DNA from: an uncultured Caldilineaceae bacterium
GTDB taxonomy: Bacteria > Chloroflexota > Anaerolineae > Caldilineales > Caldilineaceae
Length of the DNA stretch: 40,679 nt
Direction of reading: 5' to 3'
NCBI GenBank assembly: GCA_964551895.1
Contig: CAZKEX010000001.1
Coordinates: 5,020 to 45,698 of the forward strand
Positions within the stretch are counted from its first letter, which is position 1; each line of letters begins with the position of its first letter. A model generated the notes under the pieces. The model was not told the DNA's origin. It ran no database searches and saw only the letters and a list, made by a program, of their open reading frames with translations. The position numbers were made by a program, and so were the translations under genes. Below, piece by piece: positions 1 through 10,634 of this stretch.

Positions 1-449
1 GTGCCGTCCCCCGTGCCATCCCCGGTGCCGGGGAGGGTGGCGAAGACCAGATTTTGCTCAAAACGGGGGGCAGGACCGGCGGGCAGCCACCATGTCCACC
101 GCCTGGGGAGCATGGCCGGGGTGCGGCTGGCGGCCACGGTCTGGGGCCAGTCTGGGCCGAAGAGGGGGCTGTAGTCCACGTCGACGGCCACCACATCCTG
201 CACATAGCGGGCGGAGAGGGCGGCCCCGGCCAGCCCGGCCACGGTGGCCACAGGTGTGCGCAGCCAGATCCCCAACAGACCGGACATCAGCCCGCCAACG
301 ATCATGAATGGGGCCTGCGCGCCGGCGGTCAGCTTGACAACCCAGAGGCGCAAGCCCTTTTTCGAGTTCAAATGGACCCGGCGCAAGAGGGAAAGCAACA
401 GGATCGAGATGGCCATGATGGGGACGAATAGTTTGGCAATGGGTTTCAT
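1..449 (-). CDS. Partial CDS (N-terminal ~149 codons, continues past window start): membrane-anchored hypothetical protein
   Basis: My own minus-strand translation from ATG (449-447) gives MKPIAKLFVPIMAISILLLSLL... and stays open to position 3. A GAGGA Shine-Dalgarno-like motif lies ~9 nt upstream (revcomp of 459-463). There are two N-terminal hydrophobic helices. It is absent from the ORF track because it has no in-window stop. Confidence 0.5.
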   Translation of the reverse strand, partial: MKPIAKLFVPIMAISILLLSLLRRVHLNSKKGLRLWVVKLTAGAQAPFMIVGGLMSGLLGIWLRTPVATVAGLAGAALSARYVQDVVAVDVDYSPLFGPDWPQTVAASRTPAMLPRRWTWWLPAGPAPRFEQNLVFATLPGTGDGTGDG

Positions 450-531
450 TGTAGGGTGTCCTCTACCTGTTCAAGCAGGCTGTTGGGAGGGTGGAGGGTG
501 GAGGGTGCATGATAGATGGGTCCGCCCCATT

Positions 532-1917
532 TTACTCCACCCGCCATATATGTACCACCGAGCGCTCGTCGTCGGCCAGGGGTTCCATGATGTAGAGCAG
601 CCCCCGGTCCGGGTCAAAGTCCATTGCGCCCAGGTGATATTTCTGCTGGGCGCCGGTGATGTGGAAGAGGACGTCGTCCAGGTCCAGGGTGGCATAGGGT
701 TGGGGCTGATTCGCCGCCATCGTCCCCTTGGCCACCGCGGCCAGATCCGCCGGGTCGTAGAAGAGGAGACGGCCCACGAATTGGGACGACCACCAGCCCC
801 GGTCGTCATAGGGCGGGTCGGGGACGGGCGGGAAGGGGGGATCGTCGGGCCAGACCACCCCGTTGGCGAAGCCGTACCAGCAGTCGCCCAGCCCCTTGGT
901 ACCCACAAAGAGCACCGCGCCCCGGTTGCCCGGCGCGGTCATCCACGCCGCGCCGGACCACTCGTCCGCGTGGTGATAGCCGTTCAGGGTGACGCTGTTT
1001 TCCACGGTCACGTCATCGTACATCAGCAAGGGCGTGGCCGGCAGGCTTGCGCCCGCTGACGGCGGATTGCCCTGGGTCCACGGGCCGAGGGCCAGAAGTG
1101 ACGGCCCCTGGGTGCCCTGTCCGCCGTCCCGGAAGCGGCCCGTGGCCAGCCGTTGACCGGGGGTATTGGCCGCGGCCCAGTCCTCGGGGATGGGCAGCAG
1201 ATAGTCGCTGGTCACATAGGCTCGATGGCCCGCAATCCGCCACGGCCCGGCCAGGTTAGGCGCGGCCAGATCCAGCTCGCTCCAGCCGTGGGAGGGGTCC
1301 GCGGGGTCGGCAAACTGCATGTGTTCGCCCCAGGTGAAGTATAGCTTGGCCGTGGTCTGGCTGCCCTGGGGCGGCAGGACGGCCAGCCCGGCCCGCAGGA
1401 TCTCCCCAGCCAACCCGGCCCGCAGGTCGGTGAAGGGTTGCAGCGTCGTCGCCCGGTTCAGATCCGCCGGGTCTTTGGCCGCCGAGATCACGGGCGCGGG
1501 GATGCTGACTTCACTCACATACTGATTCCAGTTGTGGCCCGTGCCGAAGAGGGAGCCGGGGAAGCCATCGTCCGGGCCGGCCGGGTCGCCGCCGGGATGG
1601 TAGGCCAAGGCCTCGCCGCTCCACTTCCAGCCGATCTCGTCCGGCCCGTCCGTGGGCAGGCGGAAGGCGCCAAGATAGGTCAGATCCGAGGGCAGGATGC
1701 GGCCCGGCTGGGGAGCGGTGGTGGGCGTGGCGGTTGGGGTGGCGGTGGGCGGCGAGAAGCCCCGCATGACTGCGGGCAGTTGCACATATTTATCCAACGT
1801 CGGGATTGGGTCCGCCGCCGCTCCTTGGGTGGGCGCGGCAACCGGGGGAGTGGTCAACAAAGCCAGCAGCAAGGCCACCGGCACGATCAAACTCAACGTG
1901 AGCAGAAGTTTGCGCAT
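532..1917 (-). CDS. Secreted hypothetical protein (signal peptide, PT-rich linker)
   Basis: ORF 532..2022. I moved the start to the internal ATG at 1917, which has GGAGG ~8 nt upstream and begins MRKLLLTLSLIVPVALLLALLTTPPVAA (a signal peptide). No family recognised. Confidence 0.75.
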   Translation of the reverse strand: MRKLLLTLSLIVPVALLLALLTTPPVAAPTQGAAADPIPTLDKYVQLPAVMRGFSPPTATPTATPTTAPQPGRILPSDLTYLGAFRLPTDGPDEIGWKWSGEALAYHPGGDPAGPDDGFPGSLFGTGHNWNQYVSEVSIPAPVISAAKDPADLNRATTLQPFTDLRAGLAGEILRAGLAVLPPQGSQTTAKLYFTWGEHMQFADPADPSHGWSELDLAAPNLAGPWRIAGHRAYVTSDYLLPIPEDWAAANTPGQRLATGRFRDGGQGTQGPSLLALGPWTQGNPPSAGASLPATPLLMYDDVTVENSVTLNGYHHADEWSGAAWMTAPGNRGAVLFVGTKGLGDCWYGFANGVVWPDDPPFPPVPDPPYDDRGWWSSQFVGRLLFYDPADLAAVAKGTMAANQPQPYATLDLDDVLFHITGAQQKYHLGAMDFDPDRGLLYIMEPLADDERSVVHIWRVE

Positions 1918-2064
1918 AGGCCTACCCTCCTTTGGGAACAAAACCAGCGTCGCTGGCACGAGTATAGCCCAAAAGGGTTGTTCTGCGGTTGGGTCTGTGT
2001 TTTCGTCACCCCCACAACGCAAAAAGCAGCGCCCCGGTCGAGGAATGACCAGGGCGCTGCTTTC

Positions 2065-2170
2065 GTAATGAGTAAGGGGTAATGAGTAAGGAGTAATGAG
2101 TAAAAATGGGTTAGACGAATCCCGTCGTGAAGAACAACCCCACGCCTTACTTCATTACTCCTTACTCATT
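2065..2170. repeat. Inverted pair of heptamer arrays (TAATGAG/TAAGGAG units) with ~41-nt spacer
   Basis: The left array 2065-2103 (gtaatgagtaaggggtaatgagtaaggagtaatgagtaa) is complementary to the right array 2145-2170 (ccttacttcattactccttactcatt). It lies 8 nt downstream of the adhesin stop and could act as a terminator-like stem. Confidence 0.85.
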
Positions 2171-2177
2171 CGTTCCC

Positions 2178-5100
2178 CTACCGAACCAACATGGGCAGAT
2201 AGACCGCCCGCACACTCTGGCGGAAGGCGAAGTTGAGGTCGCCCTGGGCGCCGTCGTTGGCCAGGGTGATGCGCTGGGAGACGACGCCGGTCGGTTCGTA
2301 GCCGGCGGGCCAGCGTTCGACCGTGGCCAGGTAGTCGCCCAGGGGCAGGTTGGGCATGGTGTATCGCCCGGCGGAGAAGGCCCCCGGCCCGGTGGTGACC
2401 AAGGCCACCCGCTGACCCTGGCTGTCCTTGATGCTGATCAGCACCCCGTTCAAGACCGGCTCCTGGTCGAAGATGCCGTCCGGGGTGGCGTCCACCCAGG
2501 TCAGGCCGTTGAGGGTGACCTCCTGACACAGGGGCAGATCTTCCGTGCCCTGGGCGGCGCGGCCCCCAGCCGAGCGGCAGGCCCCCACGTCCACGATGGT
2601 GACCCAGAAGTCTTCCACTTCGCCGCTGGTCGCATGGCCGATGGATTGGGCCACCTCGGCTCCGTTGCTGGCGATGCGGCAGCGCAGATAGCTGACCCCC
2701 GGTTTGGGCACGGGGAAGTTGTTGAAAGTCAGGTTGACCGATTGGGAGGCGGCCGAGCTGTTGATGACCGCGGAGGCCCGCTCGCCGGCATCGCCAAAGT
2801 CGCCGTTGCGGTTGAAGTCAACCCAACAGGCCACCGTGGCCGGCGCGCCCGTACCGTTAAAGGCCGTGACTATCATGTTGACACCGCCGGAGGCCGTGGT
2901 CATGATGGGCAGCAGGGAGATGCCGTCCTCGTCGTTGATGCCGGTGGTATCATCACCGTCAGCGTCCGGCCCTTGCAACACGCCGCTGTCCCCGTCCGGG
3001 GCGGTCATGCCCAGGTAGAGATCGGGCACGATCACATGCCGGGGACCGCCGTCCGCGGCGGTGGTGCGATAGTTGCCTGTGCCGGTACCCGCGCCCGTGT
3101 CCGGGGCATCCCCGTAGTCATATTGCAGTTCGGCCACGGCGTCCACGCAGACCTGGGCCGAGCTGGCGCTGGGTCCGGGCTGGCCGGGTGCGCTCAGGGC
3201 GTCGCCGGAGGAGGTGGTGGCCTGGGCGGTGACCGCGCCCACGTTGCACGTGCGGGCGGTGAGGACCGTGGAGCGGGTACAGACCCCGCTCTGGCCTGGG
3301 GCCAGGGGACCGATGGCCGGGAAGGCGCAGATGGCCCCTAACTTGTCATCGGTGACCGTGATGGCGTCCAGCCAGGTGTCGCCTTGGTTGCTCACCTGAT
3401 AGGTATAGGTGACGGTCTGGCCCTGGATGATCTGGGCGGCGCTGGCCCGTTTGGTGATGGAGACGGCCGTGCGGGCGTAGCCAAAGTCGGCAAACTCGAA
3501 GGTCTGGCTGGCGGCCAGGGCCACGGGATAGGGGTTGGGTCCGTAGGATCCGCTGGTGAAGACAAAGCCATGCAACGGATAGCCCACGCCAAAGTTGGTG
3601 GCCGCCACCCGCACCTGATAGCTGCCGGCCGGCAGGTTGTCGAAGAGATAGCCGCCGCCGCCAAAGGTGACCTTGGTGGCGATCACCGTGTTGGTGGCGT
3701 CCAGCAGTTCCACCAGCACGCCGTCGATGCCCGGTTCGCCGGCGTCCTGGATGCCGTCCAGGTCTTGGTCGTGCCAGATGAAGTTGCCGATGGTGGCGTT
3801 GGAGGCCACGCCGAAGTAGTTGGCATCATCCGCGGCGTGGACTGTGGCGGCTTGATAGACACCGCTGGCCTGGGCCGTGTTGGTGTGCTGACCGGCCTGG
3901 GCGCTGACCGGGCCGACGGTGCAGGTGTAGCTTTCGCCCGTGGCCAGGCCGCTGGGGATGTTGGCGCACAGGGTGGGCAGGTCAAAGTCGCTGTCGGTCA
4001 GGGTGACGTTGGTCAGGGGCACGTTACCCGTGTTGACCAGGATGAACTGGAAGAAGACGTCCGCGCCCACTGGGGCTTGGGGACCCGTGGCCGCGTCCGC
4101 GTCGTGCCAGGTGGTCTGGCCGTCCACAGAGACCAACTTCTCCAGGGCCAGGGCGGGCCGGGTGGGGGCGAAGTAGTTGGCGTCGTCCGTGTCGCTGACC
4201 GGCACACCGGCCCCCATGCCGCTGACCGTGGCCGTGTTGGTGTGGACACAGTCCGGCTCCACATCCTCCACCACCTGGCTGATGACACAGGTGTAGCTTG
4301 CCCCCGGGGCCAGGGGATCCGGGATGGCCCCACAGCCGGTCAGGGGATAGTGGCTGTCGCTGAGGGCAACCCCGGTCAGGGGGATGTCCCCGTTGTTGGT
4401 GACCACGAAGCGGAAGTGGACCGTCTCCCCTACCCGGGTCTGGGGACCGGGGGCCAGGTCGGCGTCATCCCAAGAGGCCTGGCCATCCACGGAGACGAAC
4501 TTCTCCACGTCGATGCCGGGCAGGAGTTGGGCGATGTAGTTGGCGTCGTCCGTATCTTGGACGGTGGTGCCTTGATATTGGCCCGTGGTGCTGGCCGTAT
4601 TGGTGTGCTGGCCAGACTGAGCGGGGAGTGGGCCAATCGTACACGTATAGGAAGCGCCTGTGGCCATTGGATTGGGTCTGGCCCCACAGCCGTTCACGTT
4701 GTAGACATTGTCTGTCAACGTGACATTGCTCAACGGCACATTGCCGATATTTGTAATCACAAAGCGGAAGTAGACATCGGCGCCGGCCACAGCTTGGGGA
4801 CCCGTGGGGGTGTCCGCGTCCTGCCAGGTGGCCCGGTTGTCCACAGAGACCAGCTTCTCGATGTCGATGGCCGGCTGGGCCGGGACGGTGAAGTTGGCCG
4901 GGTCGCTGTCCCGCACGGTGGTGCCCTGGTATTGGCCCGTGGTGGTGGCCGTGTTGGTGTGCTGGCCCACCTGGGCGGTGATGGGGCCGAAGGTGCAGGT
5001 GTGGCTGGCCGCCGGCTGCATGGGGTTGGGGGCCGGACTACAGCCGCTGACGTTGTAAACGTTGTCCGCCAGGGTGACATTGCTCAGGGGCACGTTGCCC

Positions 5101-8100
5101 ATGTTGGTGATCACAAAGCGGAAGTAGACATCGCTGCCCGAGGCGGCCGTGGGGCCGGGGGCGCTGTCCGCGTCCTGCCAGGTGGCCTGGTTGTCCACGG
5201 AGACATACTTCTCGATGTCGATGGCGGGCTGGCCCGTGGCCGTGTAGTGGGCCGGGTCCGTGTCGCTGACCGTCAGGCTGTTGTACAGGCCTGTGGCCGT
5301 GGCCGTGTTGGTGTGCTGGCCCACCTGTGCGGGGGTGGCCCCATAGAAACAGGTGTGGGACTGGCCCGGCGCCAAGGGCGAGGGCACGTTGCAGCCGGTC
5401 AACGTGAAGACGTTATCCGTGACCGTGACGTTGGTCAGGGGCACGTTGCCGATGTTGGTGACCACGAAGCGGAAGAAGACATCCCCGCCAGCCACGGTCT
5501 GGGGACCGGGGGCCGCGTCCGCGTCCTGCCAGGTGACTTGGTTGTTGACCGAGACCAGCTTCTCCACGTCGATGGCCGGTCGGGGCGGAATGGAGGTGGC
5601 GGTGGCCGTCGGCGTCACTGTGGGGGTGTTGGTCGGCGTATTGGTGGGCGTGTTGGTCGGCGTGTTTGTCGGTGTGGGGGTGTGGGTGTTGGTCGGCGTC
5701 GGCGTCGGGGCCGGCGCGTTGTAGTTGGCGTCGTCCTGGTCCCGCAGGGTGAGGGCGTTGTATTGACCCGTCACCGAGGCCGTGTTGGTGTGCTGCCCAG
5801 CCTGGGCCGGGACCGGACCGACCCGGCAGGTTTGGCTCTGGCCCGGGGCCAGGGGGTTGGGGATGGGACAGTTGGTGATGGTATAGACGTTGTCAGTCAG
5901 GGTGACATTGGACAAGGGCACGTTGCCGTTGTTGGTCACCACGAAGCGGAAGTAGACATCCGCGCCATATTGGGCCGTGGGGCCAGGGGGCGTGTCCGCG
6001 TCATCCCAGGTGGCCTGGTTGTCCACGGAAACATACTTCTCCACGTCGATGGCCGGGGCCGAAGGAATGGGGGTGCGGGTGGCCGTGGGCGTGTTTGTCG
6101 GCGTGGGGGTGTTGGTGGGGGTGTTGGTTGGTGTGTTGGTTGGTGTGTTGGTGGGGGTGTTGGTCGGCGTCGGCGTAAAGGTGGCCGAAGGCACGTTGGT
6201 GGGGGTGAGGGTGGGCGTGTTCGTCGGCGTGTTCGTCGGCGTCAACGTGGGGGTGTTGGTGTTGGTGGGCGTCGGCGTGGGCGTGGGGGCCGGCGCGAAG
6301 TAGTTGGCCGGATCGCTGTCGCTCACCGTGATGGTCAGATATTGGCCCGTGGCGCTGGCCGTGTTGGTGTGCTGCCCTACCTGGGCCGGAACCGGTCCCA
6401 AGAAGCAGGTATGGCTCTGGCCCGGGTCCAGGGGATTCGGGATCAGGCAGTTGGAGATGGTGAACACGTCGTCTGTCAAGGTCACATTGCTCAGGGGCAC
6501 CAAGCCGATGTTGGTGACCACGAAGCGGAAGTAGACATCCTGCCCGGCCACGGCCTGGGGACCGGGGGCGCTGTCCGCGTCGGCCCAGGTCTGTTGCAGA
6601 TCGATGGAGACATATTTCTCCACGTCGATGGCCGGAGGCTGGAAGAGACCGGCGTCCCACTGCAACTGGTTGTCCCCGGCGGCGATGGCGATGGAGACCG
6701 TGTTGCCGTTGGCGTCGGCGTCGCTATCCTTGGCGTCGTCGTTGCCCCGGTCTTGATAGGTCAGTTGATAGCCGCTGGGCGGGCTGAAGTTCACGTAGTA
6801 GCTGCCCACCCGCAATCCGCAGAAGAGATAGTTGCCGCTGCCGTTGGTGTTCTGGGTGGCCTGGGAGATCCAGTTGCCATCCACCCGCTTGAAGAGCTCA
6901 ACAGGCACACCGGCCACGCCGACCTCGCCGGGCTGGTCCAGATTCTGGATGCCGTCCCGGTTGGCGTCCAGCCAGACCAGATCGCCCAGACAGGCCAGGG
7001 CCGTGTTGCCAAAGTTGACCCCAGTGGCGTTCTGGTCGGTCAGGGTGACGGCGTGGGAACCGTCGCCGCCAGGATAGGTCTGGCCCCAGTCGGCCCGCTG
7101 CACCTCGCTGACCACATAGGTCCCCGGCTCCAGATTGGCGAAGCTGTAGCTGCCATCTGCACCGGTTGTGGTGGTGCGGCTGATGTTGTTGGGGCCACCG
7201 GTCAGGCGGATGGTCCAGCCGGAGAGGCCCGGCTCGCCGCCGTCCCGCACGCCGTTGCCGTTGGGGTCGCTGAACTTGGCCCCGCTCAGGCTCAGGTTGC
7301 CCCGGTTACCAAAGCGCATCTCGGCGTATTGCACCGAGCCCAGGGTGATCTCCTGGGTCAGGGGCGTGGTGTTTTCGTAGCCGGGGTGGTTGGCCAACTG
7401 CTCCACCACCCGATATTGGCCGGGCAGCAGATCCGTGAAGACGACCATGCCGTCCGCGCCCGTGGTGCCGCCCCGGAACTGGGCCCAGGCCCCGTTCTTC
7501 CAGATATAGGTGGCGAACTGCCAACCGGGCAGGGTCGGTTCCGTGGCCTGATCCCAAAGCTGGTTGCCGTTTTGGTCCAGATATTTGCGCACAGCCAGGA
7601 TCGACTGTCGGGCGTTGCCAAAGTTGGCCCGCCACTGGGTCCACGGGTCCGCCGGGGTGCGGGTGCGGCTCTGGACCAGGGGCGTGCTATTGGTCCAGCC
7701 GCTCTGCTGGGTCTCGGCCAGGCTGTACGCCCCGTCCGCCACAATGCGCCCGGAGAAGATGGCGTTGCCGCTGGCATCGGTCAGCCCGGTGAAGACGCCG
7801 TCCGGGGTGGTGAGGGTGAAGCTCCAGTTGGCCAGGTTTGGCTCGTCCTCTTCCTGGATGCCGTTGAAGTTGCGGTCCTCAAACTTGTGGGCGATGACCA
7901 GGTTGGCCGACTCTTCCCAGGTGTGGGAGGCCAGGGCCTGGACCCGCACGGGCACATTTTGGCCCAGGACCAACCGCTGCCAACTGTCCGGCGCGGCCTG
8001 ATCCGTGAAGCGGGAGCCGGCCGGCAGGTTGACATCCGCCGAGGCGGTGAGGGTGGCGGTCCCGGCGCTGCTCTTGGTCAGGGTGAAGATGGCCTCGCCG

Positions 8101-8948
8101 TTGGCGTCGGTCACCCCGCTGGTGCGGTCGAGGGCGCCCGTGCTGGCGTTGACGGTCACGGTGTAGCCGGCCAGGGGCACGGCGCCCTTGGTCAACCGCA
8201 CGGTAAAGCTGTGGGCGGGCTGATAGGGCAAAAAGCCCGTGCTGGAGGCCGGGTCCACTGTGATCTGCACGTTCCCCGGCTGATATTCCGCCGGGGGCGA
8301 GGCGGGCACCGAGGCCAGAATGGCATTGTAGGCGTTCTTGACCGCATTGTCATAGGTGGTGTTGTAGATGGTGGCGTCGGCCTGGTTCAAGTTCCAGCCG
8401 TCGGTGAAATACCAGACCGCGGCCTGGCGGGCGGCCTGTTGAATGGCATTGTTCGGGGCCGGGGGATAGTTGGTCACCAGCCAGGCCACCCGCCAATCGG
8501 AGAAGAAGCCGCTGTCCAGACAGAAGCCCCGGTTATAGGCCCGGGAGTGATAGATGTCCGTACAGAAGGCATAGGCGATGTTGCCGCCGCCAAAGTCCAG
8601 CTTGCCCAAGGGCGTGTCCAAGATCTTGGTGGCCCCATCCTTCTGCAGATAGACCGAGATGGACGAGTTGGCCTGGGGGCTGTCCGTGGGGTTGATCCAC
8701 GTAGCATTGCCGCAGATGGCCGCGTCCGTGGCGTCGGGTTGCAGCAGGGAGAGGTTGGGTAGGATCGGGGAGATCAGCGGCTCGGCCTGGGCGGGGGCGT
8801 CCACCTGCTGGGGTGTTTCAGCTTGGGCAAAGGCCGGAAATCCCCCAGCGCTCAACGCTAAAACAAGGAACGCAAAAATGGCCATTATGACCAGACGCAT
8901 GGCCGTGCCGAATGGATAGACCGATTGCTTAAAACGTTGTGAACCCAT
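2178..8948 (-). CDS. Giant secreted surface adhesin: putative thioester (TQXA-type) domain + Ig-like + SdrD-B/Cna-B-like repeats + 7 DUF11-like repeats + GEVED-motif domain
   Basis: ORF 2178..9104. I placed the start at ATG 8948, with GGAGG upstream and a signal/TM segment [27 protein letters not shown] (Cys codon 8562-8564) and [11 protein letters not shown] (Gln codon 8424-8426) resemble the thioester-domain Cys and the TQxA(I/V)W motif. DxNGNGxxDxGEPGLxG-type SdrD-B repeats are present. Seven ~110-aa repeats each begin PAIDVEK(Y/L)VS (approx 3790-6640), joined by PT/TN linkers. SGEVEDFW is at 2610-2624. There is no LPXTG; the C-terminus ends VYLPMLVR. Confidence 0.85.
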   Translation of the reverse strand: MGSQRFKQSVYPFGTAMRLVIMAIFAFLVLALSAGGFPAFAQAETPQQVDAPAQAEPLISPILPNLSLLQPDATDAAICGNATWINPTDSPQANSSISVYLQKDGATKILDTPLGKLDFGGGNIAYAFCTDIYHSRAYNRGFCLDSGFFSDWRVAWLVTNYPPAPNNAIQQAARQAAVWYFTDGWNLNQADATIYNTTYDNAVKNAYNAILASVPASPPAEYQPGNVQITVDPASSTGFLPYQPAHSFTVRLTKGAVPLAGYTVTVNASTGALDRTSGVTDANGEAIFTLTKSSAGTATLTASADVNLPAGSRFTDQAAPDSWQRLVLGQNVPVRVQALASHTWEESANLVIAHKFEDRNFNGIQEEDEPNLANWSFTLTTPDGVFTGLTDASGNAIFSGRIVADGAYSLAETQQSGWTNSTPLVQSRTRTPADPWTQWRANFGNARQSILAVRKYLDQNGNQLWDQATEPTLPGWQFATYIWKNGAWAQFRGGTTGADGMVVFTDLLPGQYRVVEQLANHPGYENTTPLTQEITLGSVQYAEMRFGNRGNLSLSGAKFSDPNGNGVRDGGEPGLSGWTIRLTGGPNNISRTTTTGADGSYSFANLEPGTYVVSEVQRADWGQTYPGGDGSHAVTLTDQNATGVNFGNTALACLGDLVWLDANRDGIQNLDQPGEVGVAGVPVELFKRVDGNWISQATQNTNGSGNYLFCGLRVGSYYVNFSPPSGYQLTYQDRGNDDAKDSDADANGNTVSIAIAAGDNQLQWDAGLFQPPAIDVEKYVSIDLQQTWADADSAPGPQAVAGQDVYFRFVVTNIGLVPLSNVTLTDDVFTISNCLIPNPLDPGQSHTCFLGPVPAQVGQHTNTASATGQYLTITVSDSDPANYFAPAPTPTPTPTNTNTPTLTPTNTPTNTPTLTPTNVPSATFTPTPTNTPTNTPTNTPTNTPTNTPTPTNTPTATRTPIPSAPAIDVEKYVSVDNQATWDDADTPPGPTAQYGADVYFRFVVTNNGNVPLSNVTLTDNVYTITNCPIPNPLAPGQSQTCRVGPVPAQAGQHTNTASVTGQYNALTLRDQDDANYNAPAPTPTPTNTHTPTPTNTPTNTPTNTPTNTPTVTPTATATSIPPRPAIDVEKLVSVNNQVTWQDADAAPGPQTVAGGDVFFRFVVTNIGNVPLTNVTVTDNVFTLTGCNVPSPLAPGQSHTCFYGATPAQVGQHTNTATATGLYNSLTVSDTDPAHYTATGQPAIDIEKYVSVDNQATWQDADSAPGPTAASGSDVYFRFVITNMGNVPLSNVTLADNVYNVSGCSPAPNPMQPAASHTCTFGPITAQVGQHTNTATTTGQYQGTTVRDSDPANFTVPAQPAIDIEKLVSVDNRATWQDADTPTGPQAVAGADVYFRFVITNIGNVPLSNVTLTDNVYNVNGCGARPNPMATGASYTCTIGPLPAQSGQHTNTASTTGQYQGTTVQDTDDANYIAQLLPGIDVEKFVSVDGQASWDDADLAPGPQTRVGETVHFRFVVTNNGDIPLTGVALSDSHYPLTGCGAIPDPLAPGASYTCVISQVVEDVEPDCVHTNTATVSGMGAGVPVSDTDDANYFAPTRPALALEKLVSVDGQTTWHDADAATGPQAPVGADVFFQFILVNTGNVPLTNVTLTDSDFDLPTLCANIPSGLATGESYTCTVGPVSAQAGQHTNTAQASGVYQAATVHAADDANYFGVASNATIGNFIWHDQDLDGIQDAGEPGIDGVLVELLDATNTVIATKVTFGGGGYLFDNLPAGSYQVRVAATNFGVGYPLHGFVFTSGSYGPNPYPVALAASQTFEFADFGYARTAVSITKRASAAQIIQGQTVTYTYQVSNQGDTWLDAITVTDDKLGAICAFPAIGPLAPGQSGVCTRSTVLTARTCNVGAVTAQATTSSGDALSAPGQPGPSASSAQVCVDAVAELQYDYGDAPDTGAGTGTGNYRTTAADGGPRHVIVPDLYLGMTAPDGDSGVLQGPDADGDDTTGINDEDGISLLPIMTTASGGVNMIVTAFNGTGAPATVACWVDFNRNGDFGDAGERASAVINSSAASQSVNLTFNNFPVPKPGVSYLRCRIASNGAEVAQSIGHATSGEVEDFWVTIVDVGACRSAGGRAAQGTEDLPLCQEVTLNGLTWVDATPDGIFDQEPVLNGVLISIKDSQGQRVALVTTGPGAFSAGRYTMPNLPLGDYLATVERWPAGYEPTGVVSQRITLANDGAQGDLNFAFRQSVRAVYLPMLVR

Positions 8949-9229
8949 GAGGAACCTCCTGGTAGATTTCGGAATGTTGACTAACGAACAGAGAAGAGGC
9001 AGGATATCCGATAGAGGTGTCAACACTGCCTGCTGTTGTGAAGGATGAACTGGAGTCGTGTGAAGAACGGATTGGACGGATGTTGAAACCTTAGAGAGTC
9101 CCAAATAGTACTTATGGGGGATTGCACTAAAGCTTTGTCAATCATAGCACAACCGGATAAGCTCCGCAATGAGTTCTTGGCAACTTTTGCTTACAATTCT
9201 GAATCAAATCTAAATAAGATTCTGCTCAA

Positions 9230-9371
9230 CTGAGATTGGTTTGAAACCTGCGCTTTTACGCTCTAGCCCGGTCCGTGACCGGGCAGGTCTACCCGGGAAG
9301 ATCCTTGAAAGCACACACTGGGTCATGGGCTCGGCTAGAGCGCAAAAGTGCAGGTTTCAAACCAATCTCAG
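9230..9371. repeat. 142-bp long hairpin / MITE-like element with 39-bp inverted arms
   Basis: Arm 9230-9268 (ctgagattggtttgaaacctgcgcttttacgctctagcc) is complementary to arm 9333-9371 (ggctagagcgcaaaagtgcaggtttcaaaccaatctcag) at 37/39 positions. The 64-nt loop contains its own small hairpin cccggtc-cgt-gaccggg. Confidence 0.85.
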
Positions 9372-9672
9372 TTTAGCGCAGGATTCGCATGTGATCCTTG
9401 TATTCTCTGTGTGTTCTCTGTGGCAAATTCGACACACAGATCTGGACTTACCCCAGGAATGTAAAGAAAATGCAAGGCCTTCCCTTATCAATTCTCAGCT
9501 TTAGTGATGTATAATGCCCATACTTCAATCTGACTATATCGATTGGGAAAAGAGCGTTTTGTCAAATTTTCATCCACAAACGTTTTCGATTTTTGCATGG
9601 ACTTTTTTTCAGCCAGCCGTGGGGAGGAAAAGAGCGTCCAGTCTTGTATAATTGAAACCCACTTAGTCGCCA

Positions 9673-10536
9673 ATGTTTCAGTCACCCAAGACACTCATGC
9701 CAATAAAAACAGACATTCCCAAATCTACTGCTTTGAAGATGCTCCTATTTGCCAGGCAACCTATTACACAAACTGGGCCTTCTAAGTTTGGGCGCAGTAC
9801 GAAAACTTTTTGGATGTCCCTCCTCTTGATACTTGTTCTCGGTTCTGCTGTCTTTGCAGGTAGCGTGGTTCAACACACTGTAAAACCCGGCGAATCGGTC
9901 ACCAGCATCGCCCGCAAATATGGCGTCACCACCAGCCAGATCCTGGGCGAAAACAACATTCCCAACGCCAATCTGTTGCGGGTGGGCCAGGTACTCTCCA
10001 TCACCCTGCCGGATGCTGCTCCCACCTCCACCCCAGCCCCGACTTCAGCCCCAACTTCAGCCCCGGTCGATTCGACAGAGCCGTCAACCGCACCGACAGC
10101 AGGGGGGCAGGCACCCGCCCAGCCCACCAAGACGGCCACAACCCCACCGGTCCTGCCGACCGCCACCCCCAGACCCGCATCCAGCGGATGCAATCGCTAC
10201 AACCAAGCCGGCGATCTACGCTACACCATCCGCTCTGGAGATTCCCTCTATGGGCTGGCCAGTCGGTACGGCGTCAGTGTGGGGGCCATCAAGAGCCGCA
10301 ACTGCATGACGTCCGATGTGGTCGTGGTGGGCCAATCGATCATCATCCCCATGGGTGTTACCCCTGCGGATGCGACGCCCGCCCCCACGGCCACCCCGCG
10401 TTCGGCGAGTACCAGTCCGGCCACGGCGACCCCTACCCCCTGGCCTACGGCTACGCCCCGCCCACCGACGGCTACCCCCGTGCCCACCCCCACAGCCGAC
10501 ACACGCAGTTGGCTCGACAAGTTGCTCAATCGGTAA
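9673..10536 (+). CDS. Membrane-anchored LysM-domain peptidoglycan-binding protein (two LysM domains, PT-rich linkers)
   Basis: Two LysM signatures: HTVKPGESVTSIARKYGVTTSQILGENNI...VGQVLSI and YTIRSGDSLYGLASRYGVSVGAIKSRN...VGQSIIIP. There is a TM segment SLLLILVLGSAVFAG. The start codon is uncertain (ATGs at 9673, 9697, 9739, 9814). Confidence 0.8.
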   Translation: MFQSPKTLMPIKTDIPKSTALKMLLFARQPITQTGPSKFGRSTKTFWMSLLLILVLGSAVFAGSVVQHTVKPGESVTSIARKYGVTTSQILGENNIPNANLLRVGQVLSITLPDAAPTSTPAPTSAPTSAPVDSTEPSTAPTAGGQAPAQPTKTATTPPVLPTATPRPASSGCNRYNQAGDLRYTIRSGDSLYGLASRYGVSVGAIKSRNCMTSDVVVVGQSIIIPMGVTPADATPAPTATPRSASTSPATATPTPWPTATPRPPTATPVPTPTADTRSWLDKLLNR

Positions 10537-10556
10537 AGAATCGATCATCGAAATGC

Positions 10557-10595
10557 AAAAAGGAGGTCCCGATCTGGATCGGAACCTCCTTTTTG
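10557..10595. terminator. Bidirectional rho-independent terminator between convergent genes
   Basis: The sequence aaaaggaggtcccgatc-tg-gatcggaacctccttttt is a GC-containing stem flanked by an A-run and a T-run. It sits between the LysM stop (10536) and the phosphotransferase stop (10635). Confidence 0.75.
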
Positions 10596-10634
10596 TATAG
10601 GGATCATTCGGGTTGAGGCCAGGTGGGGCCAGAC

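Noticed and set aside
244-1059. 271-aa plus-strand ORF and the 54..431 / 92..307 ORFs at the window start
   Set aside because: They lie antisense to the better-supported minus-strand genes (the secreted protein 532..1917 and the partial membrane protein 1..449) and have low-complexity products.
3384-8762. 1,792-aa plus-strand ORF, the longest alternative ORF in the window
   Set aside because: It lies entirely antisense to the adhesin gene. Its product is Gly/Val/Arg/Asp-rich low complexity with no motifs, and there is no RBS. This is a typical shadow ORF of high-GC repetitive coding DNA.
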